From positions 1-64,000 of the forward strand of contig JBCBZT010000008.1 of assembly GCA_039815185.1 (NCBI GenBank): a stretch of 64,000 nt of DNA, read 5' to 3'. The notes below the pieces were generated by a model that made no database searches, was not told the DNA's origin, and was given only the letters and a program-made list of their open reading frames with translations. Origin of the DNA: Cyanobacteria bacterium P01_A01_bin.123 (lineage in GTDB: Bacteria > Cyanobacteriota > Cyanobacteriia > Phormidesmidales > Phormidesmidaceae). Below, in pieces: positions 9,692-20,943 of the stretch; the first letter of the stretch is position 1; every line of letters starts with the position of its first letter. The position numbers were made by a program, and so were the translations under genes.

Positions 9692-10753
9692 TTGAATGCC
9701 ATGACTCAACTGCCTAAGCCAAAAACTGTGCTGCGATCGTCTCGTTATTTTTTGCCGTCGTTTGCCCTACTGGTCATCATCTGGGGACTTGAGGATCGGC
9801 AGGCCCAGACTTATACCCCCCAATCCCAGTCGAATTCCCCTGCTGAACTAGACCATCACCATGCCTTTGGCGATCAGGGCCGTTTCCATACCCATGACCC
9901 TGGAGCGTTGCATCCTCTGGATGGACTTCTCCTCGTTCAAAATGACAGTAACCAGGTCTCCATCCAGGTTCAAGGCGACCGGCGCGTGATTACCGCCAAT
10001 GGCATTCCCCAACATGCGACTGGCTCATTCCCCAACAACAACAACCCCAATCGCATTTCGGGTCAGTCCTATACCTTTTCGATGCCAGCGAATCCGACAG
10101 TGGCCAACCAAATCACGCCGCTGACTTTGGGTAAGTTTGGCATTGCCCTCAACGGTGTCCCTTTTGATCCGGGTGTCGCGGAATTTTGGCATAACGACCA
10201 GAATTGGCAATATGAAGCACTGGCCCAGACCGCAAGCGCCCATAACCTGGGTTTGGATCAGAACAATGCCCATGTGCAACCCAACGGCGCTTACCACTAC
10301 CATGGGTCACCCGTTGGCTTACTGAATCGCCTGGGCAACAACGCAATGGTTTTACTGGGCTACGCCGCCGATGGATTCCCAATCTATGCTAACCAGACCG
10401 TTCGTTCCAGCTATCGGTTGAAGTCGGGGCAGCGCCCAAGTAACGGCCCCAATGGTCAGTATGACGGCACGTTTGTCCAAGACTATGAGTATGTGGCGGG
10501 TTTAGGCGACTTGGACCAATGCAATGGCCGAGGAGGGGCAACACCAGAATATCCAGAGGGCATTTACCACTACTACATCACAGCCGATTTTCCCTCAATT
10601 CCGCGTTGTTTTCGGGGCACCCCGGATGCGAGCTTCCAGCAGCAAGGTGGGGGCAACGGTCAAGGTCGTCCACCGGGCGACGGCCAAGGTCGTCCAGAGG
10701 GGCCACCCCCAGGTGGCCGCCCGCCTAATGGCCCCCCGCCGCCTCGGTTTTAG
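9692..10753 (+). CDS. YHYH domain protein with Gly/Pro-rich tail
   Basis: HVQPNGAYHYHG, GYAADGFPIY, DLDQCNG, YHYYIT. Confidence 0.88.
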   Translation: MNAMTQLPKPKTVLRSSRYFLPSFALLVIIWGLEDRQAQTYTPQSQSNSPAELDHHHAFGDQGRFHTHDPGALHPLDGLLLVQNDSNQVSIQVQGDRRVITANGIPQHATGSFPNNNNPNRISGQSYTFSMPANPTVANQITPLTLGKFGIALNGVPFDPGVAEFWHNDQNWQYEALAQTASAHNLGLDQNNAHVQPNGAYHYHGSPVGLLNRLGNNAMVLLGYAADGFPIYANQTVRSSYRLKSGQRPSNGPNGQYDGTFVQDYEYVAGLGDLDQCNGRGGATPEYPEGIYHYYITADFPSIPRCFRGTPDASFQQQGGGNGQGRPPGDGQGRPEGPPPGGRPPNGPPPPRF

Positions 10754-10991
10754 AACGTAACGTGGCGGTCGTTTGTCGCAACCCTTTGTCAATACCGATA
10801 GCGATGACGATCCCGTTGAAATGAGGCGAAAGTTGGCCCAAAAATCTGCTCAGCAATCTGAATCGAATAAAAGCTGATGTTACTTCAGCTGTGAAATGTT
10901 CGAAATTCGTTAAAAAAGGGCAGAATGGTTAACTAAGCATTTACATGCTTGCCCTTAAGCGTGATACTTTCCCAAAATCCTCCGAGCTTAC

Positions 10992-13826
10992 ATGCCTCGA
11001 CCGGATCGACCAGCCCCCAACGCCAATTGGTTTAAGCGGGTACCCCTGCGGCTGGTACTGATAGTACCTTTTGTGCTGCAAACCTTTGGCGCAGTAGGAC
11101 TTACAGGCTATTTTTCACTACGTAATGGGCAAAAGGCCGTCAACCAAGTGACCGGTCAACTGCGCAGTGAAGTCACGGCTCGCATCCAGCAACATCTCGA
11201 TAGCTATTTGGCGAAGGCTGAGACCGTTAACCAAGCAGCATTAGATGTTATTCGGTTAGACCTTGCTGATCTGCAAGATTTTGTGTCAGTACAACGGGTA
11301 TTCTGGCAGCAAATCCAGTCCTATGACTCGGCCAACACGATCCAATTTGGTAGTCAGCAAGGGGAGTATATCGGGGCAGGGCGGCTTCAGGACGGAACAT
11401 TGACAATTAAAGTGGCCGATCGCGCCACACAAAATGCTTTCCAGACCTATGATGCAGACTCCCAGGGTAGACGCGCAGCACTGCTGAGTGCCAAACCTGA
11501 CTATGATCCACGGGTACGCCCCTGGTACCGAGTCGCAGCGGAGACGGGGGAAACAGCCTGGAGCCCGACTTATTTAATGTTTAGCCACCGTCAGCTGGGC
11601 TTGACGCTATCTGAGCCAGTCTATGATCAAGCGGGGCAATTGCTCGGCGTATTGGGCACTGATATCCTGCTTTCAGAGGTGAGCGAATTTCTTGCAGGGG
11701 TGAAAATTGGGCAGTCGGGTCAAGTCTTTATCCTCGAACGGTCTGGTGAGATAGTGGCCTCTTCAACGACGCCAGAACCGTTTCTGATTAATCCGACAAC
11801 CCAAGAACTGGAGAGGATTCAGGCCGTTAACAGTGATGAGACCAGAGTACAACTGGCCGCTCAAGAATTACTGGATGAATTTGGTGATCTGAATCAGATT
11901 GACCAGGCACAGCAGTTGGAGTTCAACATTACGGGCGATCGCCAGTTTCTTCAAGTCACGCCTTTTCAAGACGGTCGGGGTATTGACTGGTTGATTGTGG
12001 TGCTGGTGCCCGAAGCCGACTTCATGGCTCAAATTAATGCCAACACCCGCACGACGATTTGGCTCTGTTGTGGGGCACTGGGGGTAGCCATTGGGTTGGG
12101 TATCTTGACCGCCCGCTGGATTGCCCGCCCGATTTTGCAGTTGAACCGAGCGAGTCAAGCGATTTCACAATCGGCCACCAGCCACAGCGCCTTAACCGAA
12201 TCAGTTGATGCTCACGGTATCCGCGAACTTGAAAATCTAGCCCAGGCCTTTACTCAGATGACGCAGCAGGTCAATCACTCATTGACTGCCTTAGAAAAAA
12301 CCAACGAAGCTTTGGAAATGCGCGTGACAGAACGCACAGCTGAGCTGCAAACTGCCAAAGAAGTTGCTGACAGTGCTAACCAAGCAAAAAGCGAATTTTT
12401 AGCAAACGTCAGTCATGAACTGCGGACTCCCCTGAACGGCATTCTCGGCTATGCCCAAATTCTGCAGCGCGACTCAACAATCATGCCTCAACAGCAAGAT
12501 GGTATTAGCGTGATTCGCAAGTGCGGCGCCCATCTGTTGAACCTGATCAACGATATTCTGGATATCTCTAAAATTGAGGCCCGGAAACTGGAGCTCTCTC
12601 CCACTGCGGTTTATTTGCCGTCCTTGTTGCTTGGGGTCAACGAACTATGCCGGATTAAGGCCGAACAAAAGGAAATCGACTTTACCTACGAAGCCCTCAA
12701 TACCCTACCGGAGGCCATCTATGTCGATGAAAAACGTCTGCGTCAGGTGCTGATTAACCTACTAGGGAATGCGATCAAATTTACTGACCAAGGGGGCGTG
12801 ACCTTGAAGGTGGGAGTGCTGCCACAATTGACAGCGCAGAACGAGCCAGCACCTGAGACCCGGACAACTGTCAGGCTGCGTTTCCAGATAGAAGATACGG
12901 GCATTGGCATAACCCCAACGCAACTTCAGACTATCTTTTTGCCCTTTGAACAGGTGGGCGATCGCGATCGCAAGCTTGAAGGCACGGGTTTAGGCTTAGC
13001 CATCAGCCAACAAATTGTCCAAATGATGGGCAGTCAAATCCAGGTGGAAAGCGAGCCAGGCCAAGGGAGCCGCTTCTGGTTTGAACTCACCGTCCCCGAA
13101 GATCCAAATTGGACTCAACTCGAACCAGAACCAGCCATTCGTCACATTCAGGGGTATCAGGGTCGGCGGCAGAAAATTCTGGTGGTAGATGATCGCTGGG
13201 AAAATCGAGCGGTGATTACCCAACTGCTTGCGCCCCTCGGCTTTGAGCTGATCGAAGCCGAACATGGCGCTGAAGGTATTGAAAAAGCAATCTATACCAC
13301 TCCCGACTTGATTATCACCGATCTGCTAATGCCGATCATGGATGGTTTTGAAATGACCCGCCAGCTCAGGGCTTTACCTGCTTTTCAACACACGCTAATT
13401 ATTGCGTCTTCTGCCAGTGTCTTTCAATTTAATCAACAAAAGAGTCGCGCCGCAGGCTGTAACGATTTTCTCCCCAAGCCCATTGAAGTAGACGCCTTAT
13501 TAGAAAAACTCCAACAGTATCTAACCTTAGAATGGGTGTATCGGCCATCTCACCCGCACCCCCATCAAACCAGGAGGGTTCCGGCTATTCTGAATATCAT
13601 GCCGACGCCTAAAGAACTAGACCCGCTACAGGCAGCGACTGAGATCGGCCATATTGAAGGGATTAAACAAGCCGCTATCCGGCTTAGACAAGGGAATCCG
13701 CAATATGAATCCTTTGTAAATCGGGTGCTGAAGTTGGCCGAAGATTTTGAATATGAGGCAGTTTTAGAATTGATTACATCTAGCTTATCCGAATCGCGAT
13801 CGCAGGATAATGAGTCAGAAATCTAA
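10992..13826 (+). CDS. Membrane hybrid sensor histidine kinase (Cache-HAMP-HisKA-HATPase-REC)
   Basis: YDPRVRPWY Cache motif, [25 protein letters not shown], receiver domain. Confidence 0.93.
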   Translation: MPRPDRPAPNANWFKRVPLRLVLIVPFVLQTFGAVGLTGYFSLRNGQKAVNQVTGQLRSEVTARIQQHLDSYLAKAETVNQAALDVIRLDLADLQDFVSVQRVFWQQIQSYDSANTIQFGSQQGEYIGAGRLQDGTLTIKVADRATQNAFQTYDADSQGRRAALLSAKPDYDPRVRPWYRVAAETGETAWSPTYLMFSHRQLGLTLSEPVYDQAGQLLGVLGTDILLSEVSEFLAGVKIGQSGQVFILERSGEIVASSTTPEPFLINPTTQELERIQAVNSDETRVQLAAQELLDEFGDLNQIDQAQQLEFNITGDRQFLQVTPFQDGRGIDWLIVVLVPEADFMAQINANTRTTIWLCCGALGVAIGLGILTARWIARPILQLNRASQAISQSATSHSALTESVDAHGIRELENLAQAFTQMTQQVNHSLTALEKTNEALEMRVTERTAELQTAKEVADSANQAKSEFLANVSHELRTPLNGILGYAQILQRDSTIMPQQQDGISVIRKCGAHLLNLINDILDISKIEARKLELSPTAVYLPSLLLGVNELCRIKAEQKEIDFTYEALNTLPEAIYVDEKRLRQVLINLLGNAIKFTDQGGVTLKVGVLPQLTAQNEPAPETRTTVRLRFQIEDTGIGITPTQLQTIFLPFEQVGDRDRKLEGTGLGLAISQQIVQMMGSQIQVESEPGQGSRFWFELTVPEDPNWTQLEPEPAIRHIQGYQGRRQKILVVDDRWENRAVITQLLAPLGFELIEAEHGAEGIEKAIYTTPDLIITDLLMPIMDGFEMTRQLRALPAFQHTLIIASSASVFQFNQQKSRAAGCNDFLPKPIEVDALLEKLQQYLTLEWVYRPSHPHPHQTRRVPAILNIMPTPKELDPLQAATEIGHIEGIKQAAIRLRQGNPQYESFVNRVLKLAEDFEYEAVLELITSSLSESRSQDNESEI

Positions 13827-13929
13827 CATCAGACCCGATATCAGATATGAAAGGATGCATCCCCAACAAAAGACTGTATTAGAGAATGCAATATAACAAT
13901 CGGCTGTATTAAAGCATGGTTACACAATT

Positions 13930-16929
13930 ATGTTTGCGAAGAAAAAAGAGCAGATTTTTATTGTTGAGGATCAACCAGCCAATATTAAAGTCTTATCCAA
14001 TCTTTTAACTACTGCTGGGTTTGAGGTTCTGATTGCTAAAACTGGCGAGAAAGCGCTTCAACAGCTGAAAAAAACCGCTCCCGCACTGATCTTGTTAGAT
14101 GTGATGCTGCCAGGCATGGATGGTTTTGAAACCTGCCGCCACCTCAAGGCCAACATCGCCACCCAAGACATCCCCGTTATTTTTATGACTGCCCGGTCGG
14201 ATACTGTCGATAAGGTGCAAGGGTTGACCCTGGGTGGCGTAGACTATATCACCAAACCCTTTCAGCAAGAAGAAGTCTTAGCCCGCATCCAAAGTCAACT
14301 CTCACTGGTACGGCTTAGGGCACAACTTCAAGCCCAGAATGAAAAACTCCAGCAAGAAATTCGCGATCGCGAACGGATGCTGCAAGAGCAACAGCACATC
14401 GAAGATGCGCTGCGGCAGAGTGAGGAACGGATGCGTAGCTTCTTTGAGGCCACTTCCGAAGCTGTTTTAATTCATGAGCAGGGGATTATTCTAGATGCCA
14501 ACCAGGCGGCAGAAATGCTCTTGGGCTACACCAACTCAGAACTGATCGGCATGCACCTCGAAACACTGACAGCCCCAGCAAGCCGACCAGTACTCTACCA
14601 GAGATTGAAAACTATCAGCGACGATTGGCCCCTTGAAGTGCTCGGCCTCAAAAAAGACGGCAGTTCTTTTTGGGTCGAGGTCAGCGCCAAAAGTATTCAC
14701 TATCGAGGCAGACATGCTCGGGTCGTTGGCATTCGCGACCTGACTCAAACGAAGCAAGCCGACGACGCCCGCCACCATAGCGAAATCGGCTTTACCCTGG
14801 CAGCTGAGGGGGCCAGTGACGGTATTTGGGACTGGGATATGCAAACCGATAATGTTTATCTATCTCCCCGATGGAAACAACTGCTCGGATATGCAGACGA
14901 TGAAATGTCAAATTGCTTAGAGTCCTGGCAACAAAGTCTCCATCCGGAGGATTCTGAGCGTGTGCAAACCTTCCTCAAAGATTATTTAGACCACAAGAGT
15001 CCAACCTATCAAGTTGAATTTCGAGCCCGCCATCAAGATGGCACCTACCGTTGGATTCGAGCCCGGGGAGCAGCCCTCTGGGACGAGCAAGGCAAACCCT
15101 ATCGGATGGCCGGCTCCCATACCGATATCACCACACAAAAACAGCAAGAAAAAGCCCTACAGCTGATTGCCCAGGGCACAGGAACTAAAGTTAATCAAGC
15201 CTTCTTCCAATCTTGTGTCCGCTATTTGGCTCAAGCACTCCAGGTTCGCTATGCCATGGTGAGTGAATTTAGCGACTCAACCAAAACCAAAATTCGCACC
15301 CTAGCAGTTTGGGCCAGTAACAACTGGGCCGACCCTCTTGAGTTTGAGGTAACCGGCACACCCTGTGCAACTCTTCTGCAAGGAGAAATACGCTACTACC
15401 CTGAACATTTACAAGAGCGCTTTCCTGAAGCGCAAGTAATCGCCGACTTAAACGCTGAGAGTTTTTGGGGTCTACCGCTGATTAATTCAACCCATGAAAT
15501 TATCGGTCATTTAGTGGTGCTAGATGACCAGCCAATGAAAAGTAGTCCTGAACAAGAACAGATTCTGAAGATTTTTGCGGCTCGAACTGGCGCTGAACTA
15601 GAGCGTAAGCTAGCAGAAGATAATTTACGACAGGCCAAAGAAACCGCAGAGCGTGCCAACCAGGCTAAAAGTGAATTTCTTTCCAAAATGAGTCACGAGT
15701 TACGTACCCCACTGAATGCAATCTTGGGGTACGCACAAGAATTTAGCAATGCCTCAGATTTAAACGCTGAGCATCAAGAGTATATCAACATCATCAACCG
15801 CAGCGGTGAACATTTACTGGCTTTGATTAATGATGTTTTGGAGATGTCCAAAATTGAATCTGGTCAGGTGACCCTAAATGAAACCAGTTTTGACCTCCAT
15901 CGGCTGCTTCAAAGCCTACAGGAGATGCTCCTGCTCAAAGCCAAATCCAAAGGATTACAGCTCATATTTGAGCGGGTATCGCAACTCCCTCAATGGGTAA
16001 AAACTGACGAAGGCAAATTACGTCAGGTGTTGATTAACCTGTTAGGCAATGCGATCAAGTTTACGAAACAAGGGCAGGTAATGCTGCGGGTCGAGGTAGC
16101 AGAAGGGGAGAGGGGAGAGGGAGAGAGCAGCAGTAAGGAAAATCTAAACTTGCTTTTCGCGATTACCGATACTGGGCCAGGCATCTCTCCAGATGACATG
16201 GGTACGCTATTCAATGCGTTTTCTCAAGGTAAACGAGGATTGCAAGCACAAGAAGGTACGGGATTGGGTCTGCCCATTAGCCAACAATTCGTCAAGCTTA
16301 TGGGGGGGGCTATCACGGTAAACAGCTTGGTTGGTCAAGGCTCAACATTCCAATTCAATATTCAGATTCAAGAAGATCAAACTGCGAGTCAGCAAAACAT
16401 CCATAGCCCCAAAAAGGTTATCGGATTGGCCTCTGAACAACCCACCTACCGTATTCTGATCGCAGAAGATAATAATGTGAGCCGTCTGCTGCTGGTCAAG
16501 CTATTTACCCCGCTAGGTTTCGCAGTTCAAGCTGCAGTCAATGGCCAGCAAGCTGTTGACCTCTATCAACATTGGCACCCCCACCTAATCTGGATGGATG
16601 TGCAAATGCCTGTGATGGATGGCTGTGAAGCGACCCAGTCGATTCGGGCGATAGCGGTTAAGGAGGCAGGGGAAGAGGGGGAAAGGGGGAGAGGGGAAGA
16701 TGAGTCGGGGTACGGGATCAACGATCCATTAACTCATCAACCATCAACCCTTAATCTCCAAAATCCAAAACCTCCCATCATCATTGCCCTGACCGCCAGC
16801 GCCTTTGCAGAAGATCAATCTAGGATGTTGGCCGTGGGTTGTAATGATTTTGTCAGCAAACCCTTTCGCCGAGAAGTTCTCCTTGAGAAGATGGCCCAAC
16901 ATTTGGGCGTGCGTTACGTTTATCAGTAG
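13930..16929 (+). CDS. Hybrid histidine kinase (REC-PAS-PAS-GAF-HisKA-HATPase-REC)
   Basis: N-terminal receiver, PAS (DGIWDWD, HPED), GAF (GTPC), [10 protein letters not shown]-terminal receiver. Confidence 0.93.
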   Translation: MFAKKKEQIFIVEDQPANIKVLSNLLTTAGFEVLIAKTGEKALQQLKKTAPALILLDVMLPGMDGFETCRHLKANIATQDIPVIFMTARSDTVDKVQGLTLGGVDYITKPFQQEEVLARIQSQLSLVRLRAQLQAQNEKLQQEIRDRERMLQEQQHIEDALRQSEERMRSFFEATSEAVLIHEQGIILDANQAAEMLLGYTNSELIGMHLETLTAPASRPVLYQRLKTISDDWPLEVLGLKKDGSSFWVEVSAKSIHYRGRHARVVGIRDLTQTKQADDARHHSEIGFTLAAEGASDGIWDWDMQTDNVYLSPRWKQLLGYADDEMSNCLESWQQSLHPEDSERVQTFLKDYLDHKSPTYQVEFRARHQDGTYRWIRARGAALWDEQGKPYRMAGSHTDITTQKQQEKALQLIAQGTGTKVNQAFFQSCVRYLAQALQVRYAMVSEFSDSTKTKIRTLAVWASNNWADPLEFEVTGTPCATLLQGEIRYYPEHLQERFPEAQVIADLNAESFWGLPLINSTHEIIGHLVVLDDQPMKSSPEQEQILKIFAARTGAELERKLAEDNLRQAKETAERANQAKSEFLSKMSHELRTPLNAILGYAQEFSNASDLNAEHQEYINIINRSGEHLLALINDVLEMSKIESGQVTLNETSFDLHRLLQSLQEMLLLKAKSKGLQLIFERVSQLPQWVKTDEGKLRQVLINLLGNAIKFTKQGQVMLRVEVAEGERGEGESSSKENLNLLFAITDTGPGISPDDMGTLFNAFSQGKRGLQAQEGTGLGLPISQQFVKLMGGAITVNSLVGQGSTFQFNIQIQEDQTASQQNIHSPKKVIGLASEQPTYRILIAEDNNVSRLLLVKLFTPLGFAVQAAVNGQQAVDLYQHWHPHLIWMDVQMPVMDGCEATQSIRAIAVKEAGEEGERGRGEDESGYGINDPLTHQPSTLNLQNPKPPIIIALTASAFAEDQSRMLAVGCNDFVSKPFRREVLLEKMAQHLGVRYVYQ

Positions 16930-17020
16930 TAAAGGTGCAGTCCGTGCAACGCTCTGGCGTCGCTCTGATCAACCGAGGAGCATGAAACTCCACTCAGCAC
17001 AACGGCCCCCGCAATAAATT

Positions 17021-17062
17021 CAGGGTGGGTCAATGCAAAACTCAAGCTCATTGCCCCACCCC
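17021..17062. repeat. REP-like hairpin between convergent genes
   Basis: GGGTGGGTCAATG...CATTGCCCCACCC imperfect stem. Confidence 0.45.
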
Positions 17063-17073
17063 AATCGTAGTTA

Positions 17074-17583
17074 TCAAGCCGCTTTCAACTGAGACTTGCG
17101 TTGAGCTTCTAACTTGCGCGGATGGGGAACACCTTCTTCAGCAAAGTACTTGAGTTCTTCCACTGCATTTTTCAGAATGCCACCCATTTGCAGCCGCATC
17201 ATAGGCCCCATTACCAGATTAAACACGGGCAGAATGGAGATTTCTGCGCACATCTCTACCTTGGCGCTATTGTTAGTCAGGGGAGTGACCTTCCAAGCGT
17301 TGCTCAATTGTTTGACAAAGAAGGGCATTTTGTCGCCCTGAGCGCTGTAGGCAAGGCTCCGGTTGCGCTCGTCATAGCGGATAATGGTCTCTTTGAACGG
17401 GCCAAGATCGGTTTCACAAACCCGACCTGAGCAAGGGGCATTTTGAGGAACTGTACCGCGATCGCGGCTTTGAGAAACGTGCACAGCACTGACCCAGTCA
17501 GATACGTGTGCATACTGCGGCCCCAGAATTTCCCAAACTTTATCAGCGGACGTATTGATGGTGATTTGTTGCTTAATTTGCAT
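17074..17583 (-). CDS. SRPBCC (polyketide cyclase-like) family protein
   Basis: ITINTSADKVWEIL...GRVC...LKYFAE pattern. Confidence 0.8.
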   Translation of the reverse strand: MQIKQQITINTSADKVWEILGPQYAHVSDWVSAVHVSQSRDRGTVPQNAPCSGRVCETDLGPFKETIIRYDERNRSLAYSAQGDKMPFFVKQLSNAWKVTPLTNNSAKVEMCAEISILPVFNLVMGPMMRLQMGGILKNAVEELKYFAEEGVPHPRKLEAQRKSQLKAA

Positions 17584-17707
17584 GGGGTTTACCTCTGTAT
17601 AGTTGATAGGGTGAAATTGGTCAACACGCTCTGTGACAGATGGATAACCATCAGCCGAGGCATGATTGGATTCGTTGGAGTAGAAATTTGAGACAGGGCC
17701 TAACGGC

Positions 17708-18547
17708 TTAGGCCTTTAGGGTTTCCACCGGAAACTGTATTTCCACAACCATTTCTGATTCATGACCAGGTTTAGGCGGCACAATAAATACCTCCCGACC
17801 TGGGCCAATGAATTGGTATTGGTTCAGTTCTACCCAAGCACCAATTGCGCCGTAGGCATGGAGCCCTTTTTCGGGGCCACCAAAGCGGACGGCAGTGACA
17901 GCGGTTTTGACTGCGGGAAGTTCTCGAACGGTCAGGGATAATCCCTTCGATAGGGGCACTGTGATATCTAGGGAATGGTTGAGATAAAAGCCAAACTCTA
18001 GATCCCAAGCCTGGTCTTCATACAGTTCACTATGGATCACGCAGACAAAACGTCCCAGAGATTTTGGCTTCACGTGTTTAGGCACGACTTGACCAATTTC
18101 TGAGATAGTTGCGAGACCTTCTGCTAAACCGTTGCACGTATGCCGCATTGCTAGGAAGGGTTGAGCCGATAGACTTTTCAAAACGACGTCTTCGTCTTGA
18201 AATTGTCCGTTACGCTCCAGCAATTGCAGGCGTGATTCCACAGCCCGGAGGCGGACTGCTTCTGACTGGATAGTTTGCTCAATCTGCGCCTTTTTGAGTG
18301 ACAGCATCCCCCGAATTTCGTCAGGGGAAACCCGATCTTCAATCAGATGCTTGACCTGTTCTAATGAGAATCCCAAGTCTTTGAGGGCAAGAATACGGTT
18401 GAGTTGGGCTAACTGCTGCACGCTGTAGTAACGATAGCCCGTCTCGCGATCGCTATGGATAGGCGTAAACAGGCCAATATCGTCGTAATAGCGCAGCAGG
18501 CTAGCGGGCACCTGGGCAACCTTAGAAAACTCACCGATCCGAAACAT
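17708..18547 (-). CDS. MerR family regulator with GyrI-like effector domain
   Basis: FRIGEFSK...LRYYDDIGL...TGYRYYS; C-terminal GPGREVF...EIQFPV. Confidence 0.92.
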   Translation of the reverse strand: MFRIGEFSKVAQVPASLLRYYDDIGLFTPIHSDRETGYRYYSVQQLAQLNRILALKDLGFSLEQVKHLIEDRVSPDEIRGMLSLKKAQIEQTIQSEAVRLRAVESRLQLLERNGQFQDEDVVLKSLSAQPFLAMRHTCNGLAEGLATISEIGQVVPKHVKPKSLGRFVCVIHSELYEDQAWDLEFGFYLNHSLDITVPLSKGLSLTVRELPAVKTAVTAVRFGGPEKGLHAYGAIGAWVELNQYQFIGPGREVFIVPPKPGHESEMVVEIQFPVETLKA

Positions 18548-18575
18548 TCTTGTTTCCTCTGAGCTGATATTTCGC

Positions 18576-18606
18576 AGTCTAGAGTTTCAAGCTACTTGAA
18601 GGTCAA
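18576..18606 (-). promoter_or_regulatory. MerR-type promoter with 19-bp spacer
   Basis: On the minus strand: TTGACC-19 bp-TAGACT, with palindrome TTCAAG-N3-CTTGAA in the spacer. Confidence 0.85.
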
Positions 18607-18664
18607 GGGCTAGGTGCAAATTATTTTGAAATGTGGGTTCTACTCAGCGCGATCGCCATTGCTC

Positions 18665-18991
18665 TTAAAGCTGATGTCCCCATCGGGTCAGGGCATCAAC
18701 CACATCGCGAGCCTGATATCCAAGGTCAGTCAACTCATATTGAACGACCTTGGGCGGTTCAATAACGAGGACACTTTTGATGAGAATATTGTCTTCTTCC
18801 ATTTCTCGAAGCTGCTGGGTCAACATTTTATCTGTAATGTCAGCCAGCTCCCGCTTCAGTTCGCCATAGCGATGGGGGCGATTAAGCAACAATCGCAAAA
18901 TCAAAATTTTCCAGCGCCCACTCAATCGCTTTAATGCAAGCGTTGCTGCCACATTTGGACAGTCATTAACCCTGCGACTAATCCGAGTCAT
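18665..18991 (-). CDS. HxlR family winged-helix regulator
   Basis: CPNVAATL...GRWKILIL...ITDKMLTQQLREME...PPKVVQYELT. Confidence 0.9.
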   Translation of the reverse strand: MTRISRRVNDCPNVAATLALKRLSGRWKILILRLLLNRPHRYGELKRELADITDKMLTQQLREMEEDNILIKSVLVIEPPKVVQYELTDLGYQARDVVDALTRWGHQL

Positions 18992-19078
18992 GGCGTTACT
19001 TACTTAAAAGTGCGTTCTTTTCAGCAATTTTTAGCGGTGCTAGCATGCTTCCAGCTTACCAACCGCGAGTTGAGCGAG

Positions 19079-19999
19079 ATGAATATTTTAATTTTTGGAG
19101 CTACAGGATATCTCGGGTCACGGGTTGCCCAAGCCTGTGTCAGGCACGGATATGATGTGTCAGGACTCGTGAGAAATCATGCTCGAACACCGGCTTTGCC
19201 CGCACAAGTCAAACCACTCGTTGGCGATTTGAGTCAACCGGAAAAGATCGCAGCACTTTGCACTGACTTTGACACCATTATCAACACTGGTTTTCCATCC
19301 CACGGCAAGGCATGGTTTGAATCAGTTGCTTTAGAAAAAGACTTACACCGTCGACTTGTCGAGACTTTAAGTAACACCAATAAAACCCTAATTGTGACGA
19401 ATGGCACCATATTTCTAGGGGATTCAGGTGAGGGACGACTGACAGAAAATGCTCCGATACAACCGGAGCACCCTGCTGCCATCAGGGCTGATTCAACCCG
19501 GATTGCGCTTAACGGTGCCCAGCAGGGCATTCGAGTCATGGAATTGAGGTTGGCCTCATTTGTCTATGGAGAAGGGGGGAGCATTTTTCTACCACGTTTG
19601 ATGGCAACGGCTCGGCGTACTCGGCGTTCAATCTATGTTGGTGATGGTCAAATTGGTGCTTCAACTGTGCATGTCAACGCCGCAGCCAAGGCTTTTGTTC
19701 AGGCCCTCAAATATGGGAAAGCGGGAGAGATTTATCACATCGCTGGCGATGAGGAACCCTTGGTTTATCAAATGGCAAACGCGATCGCGATTGGGGCAGG
19801 CAACGATTGCCAAGCGGTTAGCGTCAGCCAAGCTGAAGCAGTTGAAAGCACAGACTTTTTCACCACGTTATTTTTAACGACCAATAATCGACTCAACAGC
19901 ACTAAGGCAAGAACTGAACTGGGGTGGTCTGGCGCAACCGATATCTCGTTACTCTGGGATGTGGCCCATGGCTCTTATGCAAACCAATCTATGTTTTAG
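19079..19999 (+). CDS. NAD-dependent epimerase/dehydratase family protein
   Basis: ILIFGATGYLG, VYG, KARTELGW; divergent from hxlR. Confidence 0.85.
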   Translation: MNILIFGATGYLGSRVAQACVRHGYDVSGLVRNHARTPALPAQVKPLVGDLSQPEKIAALCTDFDTIINTGFPSHGKAWFESVALEKDLHRRLVETLSNTNKTLIVTNGTIFLGDSGEGRLTENAPIQPEHPAAIRADSTRIALNGAQQGIRVMELRLASFVYGEGGSIFLPRLMATARRTRRSIYVGDGQIGASTVHVNAAAKAFVQALKYGKAGEIYHIAGDEEPLVYQMANAIAIGAGNDCQAVSVSQAEAVESTDFFTTLFLTTNNRLNSTKARTELGWSGATDISLLWDVAHGSYANQSMF

Positions 20000-20816
20000 C
20001 CCCAATAAAGAAATCAACTAGCTTTTGTGCAATGGTTGTAGGGGCTTCTTCTAAAACTAAATGGCCTGCTTTTTCAATCGCGTGAAATTCTGAGTGGGGT
20101 ATTTTTGCGTGGAGTTGTTGTCCCCGCTCGATGGGAATCCAGGTATCTTCTGCGCCCCAGAGAATCAAAACGGGCGGTTTAATATCGCCGTAGCAGGGTT
20201 CTATCTCGTCAGTAAAATGCTGATGACTCTGAGCAATCTGACGGTAGAAAGCCTGTTGACCTGCTTCGCCTAACCAAGGGGCGACCGTATTTGCCATGAC
20301 GGTTGCATCGGGCTGTTGGTACATGGCGGTGCGAATGTAGGCGGTGACCATGGCTTCATGGATGTTGCCGGGAATCTTTTGAAAAACGGCTTCGTTGGCC
20401 GCTACCAACCGGAAAAAGGGTGAGCCCCAAGGCGCGATCGCGACCGGATCAATTACCGCTAGCTTTCTGAAATTACGGTTGCTCAATAAATGAGTCCGCA
20501 ACACCGTTGTCCCCCCAAAATCGTGGCCCACAATATCAGGCGTTTGTAATCCCCAATGGTCTAATAATTCGGCTAGCAACGGGTTCTGAATGCCAAGGGA
20601 CACTGCTTCAGCCTTCTCTGATTGCCCATAACCCAACAAATCGTAGAAATATACCGTTCTATGTTCTGCTAACACCGGGATAATGTTGCGCCAGTTATAA
20701 GACGACCAAGGCGTGCCATGCACCACAACTAGCGGCGGCCCTTCACCGCAGGCGTCAAATTTCACCGTGCCAAAGCTTGATTGATAGGTTTGAGATAGAG
20801 ACCAGTCACTCACCAT
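19989..20816 (-). CDS. Alpha/beta fold hydrolase
   Basis: VVHGTPW, GHDFGG nucleophile elbow, catalytic His in AGHL. Confidence 0.9.
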   Translation of the reverse strand: MVSDWSLSQTYQSSFGTVKFDACGEGPPLVVVHGTPWSSYNWRNIIPVLAEHRTVYFYDLLGYGQSEKAEAVSLGIQNPLLAELLDHWGLQTPDIVGHDFGGTTVLRTHLLSNRNFRKLAVIDPVAIAPWGSPFFRLVAANEAVFQKIPGNIHEAMVTAYIRTAMYQQPDATVMANTVAPWLGEAGQQAFYRQIAQSHQHFTDEIEPCYGDIKPPVLILWGAEDTWIPIERGQQLHAKIPHSEFHAIEKAGHLVLEEAPTTIAQKLVDFFIGAKT

Positions 20817-20829
20817 ACTGCCCTATTTG

Positions 20830-20905
20830 TAACCACTTATATAAGTTTGGATAGTTACAAATCTATCCTAAAGATATTAACCAATCAAGCTTGCTAAGCT
20901 GGTTA
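20830..20905. promoter_or_regulatory. Two TAACCA-N16-T(A/G)GTTA sites, candidate CGNR-regulator operators
   Basis: 20830-20857 and 20878-20905 have identical spacing and lie between divergent genes. Confidence 0.6.
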
Positions 20906-20943
20906 CACTTTGAATTCATTAATCCAGTGATTAAGCTTCTGGC

